Assembly (NCBI GenBank): GCA_000320545.1
Contig: ADNK01000276.1
Span: 1-47,873 of the forward strand
DNA length: 47,873 nt
Origin: Bigelowiella natans CCMP2755
Lineage: Eukaryota > Protista > Cercozoa
Direction: 5' to 3'
The notes beneath the pieces were generated by a model, which worked only from the letters and a program-made list of their open reading frames with translations, made no database searches and had not been told where the DNA came from. The translations under genes were made by a program, and so were the position numbers. Below are positions 26,201 to 39,009 of this stretch, piece by piece; position 1 is the first letter of the stretch, and each line of letters begins with the position of its first letter.

Positions 26201-27180
26201 TTTACTTTGCGGGTACACTAGTGGCATCCACCTCAGCAACCTGCGGATGATATTATGCAATAAATTAAACTAAAGTTGTGATAGTAATTATAAGAGTTGC
26301 ATTGATCATTTCTTTATTATCATCAGAAGCAGAATCAGCACCAAATGTTTCGCATCACGTCCTTACTTTGGCAGGAAACGCATAAGAGCTCCCGGTACAG
26401 ACAACCATATAGTCACACTGAATCTCCTTTTCCTCGCTACGATGTGCAATAAAAATGGACCAATACACGTAAGTACATATTGATTAATGTTTTATTTTCC
26501 CTACGTAACCGCCCTTTGAAAGATAAAATAAACGACGACCCGTAAACTTTGATGGATTTTCCGTCCTTAGCAATTGCCTCAACTTCTCCTTGTACTACGG
26601 ATCCATACTTTAAAACCTTTGGGTTTAATAAGGAGAGATGAGTAAAGATGGGACAATCGTTAAGTATGCAAACAAAGAGGAAAAAGATTTTGATTCTCTA
26701 ATGCGATGGAATGCGGATTGTTCAGGAGTTAGTTGTTCAACGACTATGATACAATGACGTAGCCGGTAATTACTTTAGTGTAAGGAATTATGCATTTCTG
26801 CTCCCAACCCTGAATTATATGTTGCGAACGCATTATTGATATCCTCGATCGAATTGTGATACTTTTAAAACTGTTAGAGGGCACTGGAAAGAAGATGAAT
26901 AATCTATCCATGATTTGACGATTTCATACAAATACTACCTCTACACAGGTTGCGCGAAGAAGAGCCATGTTGTGTAGAAAGTAATTCTTCCTGTCTATTA
27001 TGACAACGTTGAAGGCTGCGTCTTTGTCGAGCATCTTTGCTATCGCGACACCTGTACATTTAATAAACTGGTGTACAATTATTGAGTTTTGAGACCGTCT
27101 AAATTTGTACCTCCGTATCCTCCTCCTACAATGAGTACAACTGGCTTGTCTTTGACCTCTTTCGACCCTCTGCTGCCCAT
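23242..27180 (-). CDS. AIFM2/FSP1-like FAD/NAD(P)H oxidoreductase (Pyr_redox_2) with N-myristoylation motif
   Basis: MGSRGSKEVKDKPVVLIVGGGYGG, IDRKNYFLHNMALLRA, DYMVVCTGSSYAFP, IGGGAVGLELVGEL, LVFFCTG, GRIKVNEHLQIEG..AFALGDCA and MVLPLGPNGG. About 16 exons with GT-AG junctions; TAA at 23242-23244. Confidence 0.9.
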
Positions 27181-27633
27181 GGTGTTGTGATGATGCGCTG
27201 TTCAAGCTTGAAATGTGATCGTTGTTCCGCACCGGAACCTATGTGCAGCAGTCAACTTACAGATTCTCCCAGTTATGTCTAGACAATTCTCCAGAATTGC
27301 CTGCTTTCCAGCGCTGAGACAAACTATTTATTGGAAGAACCCTGAGTAAATCTAACACCGACTACCAGATGGACGTCAGACGAAATTTGTTTTCCCCTCG
27401 ATTTATGTGTACGACATGACTTTTCTAACCTGTTTTTTTAAATTTTTGCACATTTTTTAGCGCATGCTTGTTTCGGCAGCTGAGAATACTTCTTTTGCAC
27501 CGAAGAGCGGGTATTACTATTTCCCCTCGATCTCACCTGCTGCTTACCTCTTTTTTATTGTCGCAGGGTGCTTGTTAGCCTTCGCACAACACTGACCAAA
27601 GCTGTTGGCTTAAACTCCATTAATGATCTTCGA

Positions 27634-28858
27634 ATGACAATAATGTCATGGGTCACATGCGCACGCCGATTCCCCGTTCGTGCCGCAATGAGGAGGAATT
27701 TCGCCTTTGTCAGCAATGATTCTGCGGGGAAATCCGTTCCACTATTTCCCGTGATCACCCTGGACGTAACCGGCACGATGCTTTCGTACAAGGGCAGCGT
27801 GGGCCAGTGGTTACCATCACTCAAAAGCACATTTTAGATCGTTTAGTCTGCTTTTGTTATTAGACATGATACCCGCCCGCCTCCCCCTTTATCAATCTGT
27901 ATAGGTACTGCTCTGCAGCGAAACGGTCGGGAATCCCTTACGTGAATTTTGGTGACATAGAGCAAGGCTTCAGGGAAGCATATAAAGAAACATCGGAGAA
28001 GTACCCATGGTCAATCCACAACAACTAATCTGTATTGCTGATCTACGGCGAATATACATGTTGCATATATAAGTGCGTGAAGTAATGATTCATGCGTTTG
28101 CTGGAAAGATTTGTTCGATGGCCTGCAGCATTTGCATTAAAGCACCCCCCCCTCCCTCTCTCCCTACTTCTCTGCTGATCCAGCAAAGCTATCATTTTCC
28201 ACGATTTTTTATTTCAATGACGTACTTTTCTTAAAGCGATGATATTGCCGATATCTACAGCTTCGGAGGAAGTGCCATGACAAGCAAAGATTGGTGGAAA
28301 ATTTGTGTACGGCGTTCCTTCGAGCTTGCTGGGTTAACACATACACGCACACACACACACACACAATATTAAATATATAACGATCTTTGTGATTCTACTG
28401 GCATTCGCTTCCAATAAACTTTCGTTCTATTAGAGAGTTTGACGTGTCTATGTTCTTGCAACTCATTCTTACAACGTTGATACAATTTGTATTTTCCCTC
28501 GTTATAGGCAAGCAGTCCCTTCAGATCAGTTCGATCGCTTATTTCAGCGTATCTACAGCTTATTTGGCAGTCCGCGGATTTATGAAGCATTTGAGGATGT
28601 TATCCCTTTTTTGACTTGGTAACTTTGGGAAGGATGAAGAGGAGCGGAAGGAGGGGAGACAGGAGATTTGTAGCAATGAAATTTTTTGATGTAAGAGAGA
28701 ATAGTGACATATAGAAAGGCATGCTGAAGATAAGGAAGCTATTGAGAGACAGACATCATCAAGTGTATTCTGAGTCGCCCATCAATTATAGCAGAAAGTT
28801 GTACCTGAATCCCTCTCAATTACAATCAGATTTTCCCACGCCTCTTCTAATCCCTTCT

Positions 28859-28906
<48 letters not shown>

Positions 28907-29587
28907 CCTCTCTCCCCGATCTATTTATCCCCATCTGTCCGCACCAGGGCCAAACGGAGGGGTATTGTGGTAGGAGTTGTAAGTAACTCAGACGAACGCT
29001 ATGTAGATGGTGTGCTCCCCATGCTTGATATTGCCCCCGATCTCGACTTCATGATCGTCAGCAAAAAGGTGGTACAACGATTACGGGAGGGGAGTCCGAA
29101 GTAAACACAGCAAGATGAAAATTAATTTATGTGGGACTTTTGGGGTTAGGTTGGATTCGAAAAGCCGAAGCCCGACATCTTCAAGGCAGCAATTACAAGT
29201 GCTCGGCAATTCCCAGGCCTGCAAGATCTGAGACCGGAGCAAGTCTTGCATATTGGCGACAATTATATAAAGGTGAAGAGATAGGATATACTATCGAGAT
29301 CATTTTCGTCTCCTTTTTGTGGCACTTAAAGGTAGGAGATAGGGAAGAAAAGGGGTGAGATTTAAGTTCGAACGATTTCTAAGTTTTCACAAATCCGGCT
29401 TACAACAACTCTTTAGGATTACTGCGGTGCAACAGACTTTGGTTTCCGCGGCCTGCTGATGGATCGGTATGCTGATTTCGAGTTAGATGATTTGAAAGCT
29501 AAAAGCGTACCGGTAGTCCATGACTTTTTGGACGTCGTAGAATCTATTAGCTACGCGAAGTACCACAACGGACGATTCGTTGTGTAG
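27634..29587 (+). CDS. HAD-superfamily hydrolase, HDHD3/REG-2-like, with an Arg-rich N-terminal presequence
   Basis: Motif I ITLDVTGTML, YPCFGG..SKDWW, motif II GVVSNSDER, GFEKPKPDIF, and motif IV LHIGDNYIKDYCGA..GFRGLLMDR. TAG at 29585-29587. An upstream acceptor near 27565 may indicate an extra 5' exon. Confidence 0.88.
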
Positions 29588-30201
29588 TTATATACTGCAC
29601 GCATAAGATGGATTACGTGGAAGCATTGCTTCCATTGGAGCTTTTACATAATTTCTTGCCAACAATGGAACTTGCATTGCTTTGCATCAAGAGTTGCCAC
29701 ATAGTCATGCACATAACGATTTGTACAAATGCCCATCATTAGTGCTTTCAACTTGCTTCGCCAATAATACAGCGAAAGCCGCGCTGTATGAAGTATGGAA
29801 GACGAGGCGCGCTGGCTTGGAATTAAAATATGCTAATAGAACTGCGAGCAACCATGACACAATAATGACAGTCCATATGTAGCAAACCCGTTTAGAAACT
29901 GGTATGATACGATGTATCTACTGGTATATATGCTTGCCACATCTAGACGTACATGCAGATGTAGATGAATATGCGCCCGCTCCGTACGTACACACGTACA
30001 GCACTCTTGTCATCTCATAAATTGTCATGGTATTGTGATGAGGTGCAGCGTTACAAATTAAAAAATACTATGATGAATTGGTACCAGTAACAATGTTAAA
30101 ATATCTAACTTCCAATTTATCAACAGAGATGGAACAGATTTTGTTTCTCTAGAGGTGATATATTCTAAGGTGGATAATCCTTCCACTCATACTTTGAAAA
30201 T

Positions 30202-32054
30202 TTAAAGTATAATACCCTTTTTCTTGCGCTGCTGGTTGCGTATGTCCCTTTCGATCTCAAACTGTTTATAGTCTGTATCCAAAAGGAATTGCCTCTTATC
30301 CAATTCCCTAAAATAGGTACATAAATGCTTTAGTTGCATTAGAAATCATGTAATATTTTATGAATGAAGCATCGATGATCTTATTCTTCGGATTTCCCCA
30401 GACAAAGGACATCCGTCGTTTGTATTATCGATATAAATTCGTAGAAACATCTTAAACACGTCAGAAGCCTCTCTCCACAGTGCACGCCTGACTCCCCTTG
30501 CACGATTATCTTAAGCGTATACCCATCCTTTGCGGCTAATTTGAGATCGTCTCCATCCCCCTCTTCGGTTTTATCCTTCTCCCAATCGATCATGCACTTG
30601 TCCAACGTATTCATTTTCTTCTTTCCCTTCAAGGATCCAAGCAATCTGTCCAGGTTAGACTGCTTCCTGCACATGAGAAGTTCAATAAGAACAAAGAAGC
30701 CTTATAGTAATGCCATGCGTGTCAAGTACGCACTTGAATTTCTTGGCAGCCTTCGAATTTGCGGAAACTTTCTTCTTAACCCTATTAAAAAGCACCAATG
30801 AGTGCAAGGCACAACAATAAATTGGAGGACAAGGATCCTCGGAAGGACATATTTCTATCGCTTTGATTCATCTTTCCAAAATAAACTATTAACATCCTAC
30901 ATATCGTTGCCGATTGGAGTTCGAGCAAACGTTACTGAACATGATAATATGCTTGGTAAATATTACACAACGCGCTCCCCAGCGAAGTCCTTGATCTCCC
31001 GCACCTCCACTTGTTTGTCAGCACCCAGTTCTTCCTCTTTCTTTTTGCTAGATGACTCACTCTCGTTTGGTTTATCTCCTTCATCATCACCCTCTTCATC
31101 GTCATCCTGTCAAGATTTATCATTTCAGTTAAATTGTCTGGTGAGCATTCTTGGAAGTCGTGCCAAATTCTTCAGTTGCTGGCCAAGGCAAATATTCATT
31201 ATTTCATTTAAGCAAACCTCAAAATTTATCGGCGTCGATGATCCAAAACTCAGTCCTTGTATCTTGATTTTCTTCTTCTTCTGTCGAAGATTTGAAAGAG
31301 ATCAATCATGTATCTACGATGATGCTTTTATGAGCCTTAACCTTCTTCTTTTTCTTTTTCCCAGCTTTTGAAACTTTTGGTCGCTTAGCTTTAGCAGCTG
31401 TCCTCTGCATTTCCTTGAAGATATCGTCGATCTCGGAGTTGCTCTCCTCATCAGCATCGTCTAACTCTTGGGTTGCATGAGGATTCTCGAGCATATCGTC
31501 ATCATCGTCATCGCTAATTACAGCTGCTCCAAACCTAATTCAGCAATTTGGGCACCACAGATTCCATCAAAACCCCTTTAATTCGGAACAATGATGATTA
31601 TAGCATTCGATGGACGGACTTAGATTTGGCGCGTTTCCTTTTCCTCTTTAACTTTCTTTTCTCCTTCTCGCAGGTATCCTCCTCTAAATACAAAAGGGGA
31701 AGTAAGAGAAATTCTTCTGGATAGCTCTGTCGATATTGAAATAGTTCCCGACAGTTTTGTTCAGATTCATTCGAATCTTCTTCATTCATTCTCAAATACA
31801 TGCAACAATCTCTTCGCCTCTCCTTTTGTCTTGTCCTTGATATGAACCGAATCGAACAGTGCAAAACATCGCTCAATAAATTTAACCGCGAAACCCGCAT
31901 TTTGGGACGAAAGGAGCGGCGGCTGAAGAATATTCTCGCTCAAGAGAGCACCTGGCACATAATCTTCATCTAGATCCTCGCTATCGAGCTCTTCCTCTGC
32001 GTCGTTGCCCTCATCCTCTGGGCGCTTTCCCTCTCCTTCTCCGCCGGCTGGCAT
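30202..32054 (-). CDS. SWC5: Swc5/CFDP1 (BCNT-C domain), SWR1 complex subunit
   Basis: Acidic N-terminus ending DEDYVP, then EIKDFAGERVVVKKKV, then the BCNT-C signature KKKMNTLDKCMIDWEKDK..DDLKLAAKDG|ELDKRQFL..DYKQFEIERDIR. The last few codons are uncertain. Confidence 0.88.
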
Positions 32055-32768
32055 TGTTGGGGAGTTATTATTTCCAGATTTTAGAGTCTGCATTTGAATT
32101 CTCGCCGCACCAAAATGCCCTTGTGTGAACTTCAAAACGACACAGAAGATACGCCGTCGTAACCTAGATCTACTATTCCTTTGAAATAATCTTTTCACCA
32201 ATCTGATCTGTCTTGGGGCACACTTCAAGAAGTGCGCATTTCCGCTTTGCAATTTCTTAAAACTCGCAGAATGCTGTGCGAGAAACTTCCAGAATTTTCG
32301 AGCAGGGAAACAAGCAACGTCGTTTGTTCTGCGTTCTTTCATGTGCGACAGGCAACATCGGGCCGTTTTCGTTTATTTTGGGCTGGAATTTGCAGGGCGC
32401 TCAGATCTGAAAGTACGTTTGGAACGTGGGGGGATGGGGGGGGGGTGAGGGGGTGAGATCAGGAAGAGGATACTAGCCAGACGAGGAATAGACGCCATCT
32501 CCAAAATCTTAATAATCATTCAAATCATCGATTTCCCCGCTTTACTTGAATTTTTTGGCATTGGCAGGCATGAAGGTTTTTTTAGGGGGGTGCTACAGAC
32601 TTTTCGAACAATGTCATCGATAATTGCATGGACTCATGAATAATTCGCAGCAGCATTTGTCATCCTCCACTAAAATTTTGTTTATTGGGCAACAACAACA
32701 TCATAATTTCTAAAGGCTGAATCGTGGTTCCCAGGTTGTAGGCTGTGCTATCCCCTCCCTCAATTGAT

Positions 32769-34787
32769 ATGCCCACGGTCCACCTCCTAGACTATGGCGC
32801 GGGCAATGTGCGAAGCGTCAGGTCCATCTACCTAATCTTACGTTTAAAAGTTAATAACTAAGGATCCTTATCGTTCTCACCTTGCGCAGAAATGCACTGG
32901 GGAAACTAGGGTGCGACATTGTCGACGTACGAACGCCAGAAGATCTATCCAAAGCCAAGTAATTATTTACACATTGCCTACTGAGAGCAACGGCTTCCTC
33001 CCTCTTTCATTTTCCATTCTCCATCTGTGCATATGCAACTGTAACATCATGAATCGGTAATTGGAACTGTGTGATTAGGATGCTGGTGTTCCCGGGAGTC
33101 GGTGCATTCGGCTCTGCAATGGAGCGCTTGCACAGCATGAAAATGACTGAGGCGCTTGTGGACTACGTCAAAAAGGTTGTTTCTCATAGGAAGGGAGGAT
33201 AAGTATGGGAGAGGGAAGGGAGGGAAGGACATGATTCAAGTTGAGACGTCGTTGTGTTGGTTGGCAGGGCCGTCCGTTCTTCGGAGTATGCCTAGGAATG
33301 CAGCTGCTGTTTGAATCCAGCGATGAGTCAAAGGGCGTCAAGGCAATAATCATAATGATGATGATGATGATGATGATGACGATGATGATAGAGACTTTTA
33401 ATAATTATAGTATGTGAATGTATCTCCTGGTGTGATATCCTTTCAACTTAATTTTGTCTTCTTTCTTCTTCTTCTTCTTCTTCTTCTTCTCTCCTCTCGA
33501 AGGGGCTCGGGATTATACCGGGAAATGTTAGCAAATTTGAACCAGCAGGACATTCACCTATCAAAGAGGAGGAGGAGAATAACAGCAGTAGTGGCGGCGT
33601 TCCAATGAGAGTGCCACACATGGGTTTGAAAATAGCAAAGAAGAAATGAGAGTGAGATTAGAAGGAAAATTGCTACAAGTTCTTCAGCAACACCATCATC
33701 AACATCATCAACAACAAATACTATTGTTCTACCAACTTTACTTCGACTAACAACATACGATCCACGTACATATCCTAGGATGGAATGGCTTGCGATCCAC
33801 AGACCCAATGCTCGAGGGGGTTGCAGGATCAAAGGAGGTGAATGAATGAATGAATCAATGAGTAACAGGCTGTCTCACTGCCGCTGCACTCATATTAGCA
33901 TTGCTCCCAAATTTGTTGCTTTTCTCCATATTCTTCTTCCAACCCTTTCATGCCCACCAGATGCAAATATGTGCTGTTGAGTATGTTAAATTTGTGGGAA
34001 ATGCTGTAAGCAAAGCACACATCGAGCCGGGAACATCCACAGTCTTTGCAGTGAAGACACACACACACACACACACACACTCACTCACTCACACACTGAT
34101 GATTATAAATACAGTGACTAGAAATCGATCTACGTCCTTGAAGCAGCTATATTATTTAGATACTGACTTTGATTTGGTTAACATGTATTCTCATCGAACA
34201 TTCCTCCTCCTCCTCCTCCTCCCCCCCCCGCCCTCCCCCTTTCAAAAAGGTTTACTTCGTCCACTCCTACAAAGCAGAGGTGTTCATTCATGCAATTTAC
34301 TTTATACACATTATTCTTGAATACAAATAAAAATAAATAAATAAATATATATATATATATATATGTAAGTAATATTGTTTTTGTTTTTGCCCCTTCCTTA
34401 TTTCTTCTTCTTCTCCCATCATCATCATCACCACCACCACCACCATCATCATCATTTTAATCAGATCTGTGAGGAGAACAAAGACTGGATAATGTCTCTC
34501 ACGGACTACGGAACGACGTCGTTCATTAGGTGTGTGAGCAATGATGATGATAATGATGATGATGATGATGATGATCACAGTAAGGGGGGTAGATGGTGGA
34601 GAAACAAAATCATCACCATTTACTAAGATGTGAATGCTCGTAAAGGTGAAATAGGGGAGATTATGTTATTATTATTATTATTATTGTTGTTGTTGTTGTT
34701 ATTAGTACTATTATTGTTATTACTATCCGTTCATAGAAACGGTTTCACACATTCACAGATCTACACAGGCACGCACACACGCACACA

Positions 34788-34824
<37 letters not shown>

Positions 34825-34943
34825 TCTCTCTTGCACACATTGTTCAGCTCTGTGCGGAAGGGCAGGGTTGTGGCCATGCAGTTTCACCCAGAGAAATCTG
34901 GAAAAACAGGCCTCTCCCTCATTAAGAAGGTAGCAGTAGTAGT

Positions 34944-34974
<31 letters not shown>

Positions 34975-36676
34975 CGGTGTAGGATGTTAAATGGAAGCGG
35001 TGATGCCTTGGCGTTGTCTGAAGGTGATAAGTTGGCTGCTTGTAGATTATTCCATCAATATGACGGAAAAGCCAACGATGTATCATCATCATCGTCATTA
35101 TCATCATCATCATCATTATCATCATCATCATCATTATTATCATCATCATCATCATTATCATCATCATCTGCACGAACACAACGACAAGAAGAAGAAAAAA
35201 GAGACTAAGTAATGGTAGTAAAATAACAACAACAACAACAAACAACAAACAACAACAAAAACAACAAAAACAAAATTTGCAACCTTTAACACAGGTTCTC
35301 GACGTTTGTCTAAGTGAGGCCTCCATCCCAACGTCAATTGGCACAGGCGGCAGCAGCGACAAGGAGCTGCAAAAGAAGAAGACGACTATGTGTAATCGTA
35401 TAATTGCATGCTTGGATGTGCGCTCCAACGATGATGGGGACCTTGTGGTCACAAAAGGTGCTAGTTTTGAATAGAATAATTACTATGAAGGAGGAGAAGG
35501 GGGGGGGGGGGGGGGGGAGGACTGCAGTAGTTGTAGTAGTAATAGCAGTAGTATTGGTAGTAGATGTAGTAGAAAGATGAAATAATATCAAGAAACAAAT
35601 GTCGTAAATAACCTCCTCCTCCTCCTCTCCCTCCTCAAATTCTTCCCTTCTCCGCATCATCATCGACCATGGTGTTCAGGGGACTGTTACGATGTACGTG
35701 AGAAAAGCGACGACGGAAAGAAAGGCCGTGTGAGAAATCTTGGAAAACCAGTGGCCCTTGCTCAGCGGTAATTGGATAAATAGAGATATATATATTATCG
35801 TGTTATCGTATTATCGTATTATCGTTCTTGCAGTGACTAATTCTCGGCTAAAATAATGTTTCTCACCAAGTTTTTCTTCTCCTCTTTCACCTCCTCTCTC
35901 GCCTCCTCCTCCTCCTCCTCCTCCTCCTTTTTGTTTCTATTCTGATCCTGCTATAGATACTACGAGGAAGGGGCAGATGAGATTACATTCCTTAACATCA
36001 CCAGCTTTCGTGAAATGCCAGCCACCGATGCTCCTATGATTAATGTGAGATGATGATGATGATGACGATGATGACGACGAAGAGGAAGAAGAAGACAGAG
36101 AGGGACAAAGGCGGAGGATGAATAAACACTATTGTGATTATGGCAATATAAAAGAAGGCAATTTATTATCATCAACACACGAACGACCCATACATTCCTA
36201 TTTGATGTTATTCTTGTTGTATCTACCTTTCCTCCTCCTCCTTCTTCTTCTTCTTCTTCTTCTTCTTCTTCTTCTTCTTCGTCTTCTTTTATTCTCTTTT
36301 CCTACCATACATAGGTGCTGCAGGAAACATCTAAGAACGTGTTTGTGCCCCTCACAATCGGCGGAGGGATTCGGTCATTTACTTTAAAATACTGCGTACG
36401 TTGAAGTGGTGTTCATTATTTGCGTGTATATTTGGTAATGATTACGCAGTAATTCTGCCGCAAACAATTGTTGTTATAAATCAGCATGCCTATTTAACAA
36501 TACACGCTATAACTATCATCACCTCTGTCCAACAACCCCTTTGGTAGTGACTATAAGGACACTGATGGGAATATGTGGTCTGCTCTCGACGTTGCATCTA
36601 CCTACTTCAGGGCTGGTGAGGAGGACCACTCAGTGTTATAGCAATGCTGGGCAAATGATATAAAAGCCTGTCTCTC

Positions 36677-36728
<52 letters not shown>

Positions 36729-37734
36729 TGTGTGTCTGTGTGTGTGTTGAAGGTGCCGATAAAGTGTCTATAGGATCAGATGCAGTCAAAGCTGCGATGA
36801 AATGGTAAGGGCTGTTCGTGAATAGTATATTTTAATGGAGTCATGCATGAGAGTGGCGAGAGCGCTATGATCATGAAGCGTGTGGCCTGACACAAAGCAG
36901 CAACCACAGTAGAAGCCATATCATCATCATCGTCATCATCAGCAGCAGTAGATATATTGTATGATGGGGTCGTTGAGAAACGTTTGGCTTGTGAGGAGAC
37001 GATGACGACGAATTCATTATGTACAGTGATTGCACTTTTGTCTTGCTGACATTTACGATTGTACGTGGCCACGCCATGACGTGTGATCATAAAAATACAA
37101 AGGTGGGCAGACGGGAAGAAGGCTTGCGGAAAAAGCTCCATCGAGCAGATCTCCAGCGTGTACGGGGCACAGGCTGTTGTTATATCCGTTGATCCAAAAA
37201 GAGCGTACGTCGCATCCAAGGACAGTGAAGAACTCAAGAACAAGGGACACACAGTCATTGAGACCAAAATCCCTGGGTAGTAGTAGTAGTAGTAGTAGTT
37301 GTAGTAGAAGAAGATAGTAGTAGTAGTCATCATCATCATTATCATCATCATTATTATTTATTAACCCGATGATCATCTTGACGTCGTCTCTTCCTTTCAA
37401 CCGCTGGCAATAAAAGGCCGAATGGCGAGAAGTTCTGCTGGTTTCGATGTACGTCTGCAGGAGGAAGAAAGGTGTGTTGCTGCCGTTGTGTGTGTAGTAT
37501 GTGGAATTCTTCTTCTTCTTCTTCTTCTTCTTCTTCTTCTTCTTCTGTCCTCCCTCTTCTCCGTTTCTCCTTTGTGATCAAATGGGCGCGCAGGGAAGGA
37601 GGGGGCCATGAAGTAGGTTAAAAGACCGCTTTGGCCTCTACCATCCGCTCTCTTGTACTTTGTCGTTCATATCATCAACGACTAGACACACTGCACACAC
37701 ACACTGCACATGCACACACACGCAAAACACGCAG

Positions 37735-37770
<36 letters not shown>

Positions 37771-37858
37771 GCTTCTATTTGTGTGTGTCACTAAGGAATT
37801 GGACTTCGACGTTGCTGCGTTGGTGGTAAATAAGAAAATCATTCATATACCACATATT

Positions 37859-37894
<36 letters not shown>

Positions 37895-38265
37895 TGGATG
37901 TTACGCATAGATTGCGTGTGAGGCGTTGGGAGCTGGCGAGATCCTGCTAAACTCTATCGACTGTGATGGGCAGCAAAAGGGTGATGATCAATCAATCACG
38001 ACATGCCTTGAATGGACTTTTGATGACGACATGAGAGCACTGGGGAACAGTAGTATTGGAAGGTTTTGGGTGATGACAATGATAATATTCGTCATAATAA
38101 TACCAATTATGACACATGTGGAATTGGTAATTAGAATCCACCGTCATTTTACCTTTCAACACTACTCGTCGGGTTGGAAGGCACCGACAAAAATAAAACA
38201 AATACTTTATTTTCGTATTTATGTGTGTGTGTGTGTGTGTGTGTTAGGGAGAAAGAGAAAAAGAT

Positions 38266-38318
<53 letters not shown>

Positions 38319-38677
38319 GAGAGAGATAGAAGCGCGAAACATACAAGTTACATATGTTCCTCAAGGTTATGACCTGGAGTTGATTGATATGGTCTGCCGC
38401 ACTGTCACCCTACCTGTGATCGCCTCGAGCGGTGCAGGAAAGCCACAGCATTTCTCAGACCTTTTTGAGAGGTAACAAAATGATATCATTTTCAGTGGTG
38501 ACAAGTCTATCTTTCTGGGGACATACATACATAAATGCATACAACATTTGCTTTTCTTTCCATGTTAGCACGACGTCGCAGGCCGCATTAGCTTCGGGGA
38601 TTTTCCACCGCAAGCAAGTACAGATCGAGGATGTGAAAAAGCATCTAAAAACGACTAAGCATGCTGTTCGTATGTAG
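32769..38677 (+). CDS. HIS7: Bifunctional imidazole glycerol phosphate synthase (HisH glutaminase + HisF cyclase)
   Basis: [157 protein letters not shown] and [10 protein letters not shown]. About 20 exons. Confidence 0.97.
33350..38320. repeat. Intronic microsatellites (GA, TA, CA/TG, GAT, TAG, CTT, CAA) filling most HisHF introns; similar tracts occur in EMC1 and SRCR-gene introns
   Basis: Directly visible, e.g. 33355-33390, 34545-34575, 34790-34830, 35085-35165, 36235-36280, 36670-36745 and 38270-38325. Confidence 0.95.
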
Positions 38678-38836
38678 CTGTAGTTGTTGCGGTGGGAAGC
38701 GGAGGAGGACGAATGACGTAATACTTGATCTAGAGATACACAGACCTTTACCAAGCTGGGATGTCAAGATCGACGAATGATGACGTCTAATTTTAATTGC
38801 AATGTTGAAGAAGGCACAGGTGTTAGGCAGTCAAAC

Positions 38837-38944
38837 ATTATAGACACGTAATATCATATATATATTATATATGCTATTACTATGTCTAACTTATTATAGA
38901 CACGTAATATCATATATATATTATATATGCTATTACTATGTCTA
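38837..38944. repeat. Perfect tandem duplication of a 52-bp AT-rich imperfect palindrome
   Basis: 38837-38888 is identical to 38893-38944. Each unit reads TAGACA-C-GTAATA-T-CATATATA..TATATATG-C-TATTAC-TA-TGTCTA. Confidence 0.9.
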
Positions 38945-39009
38945 TTATAAACGGATAGATGAAAGATAGATCAAATCACATGGAAACTGAAAATATTTCA
39001 TTTCAGAGC

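Noticed and set aside
33350-38330. Poly-His, poly-Met, poly-Leu and poly-Ser ORFs
   Set aside because: Translations of intronic microsatellites inside HisHF.
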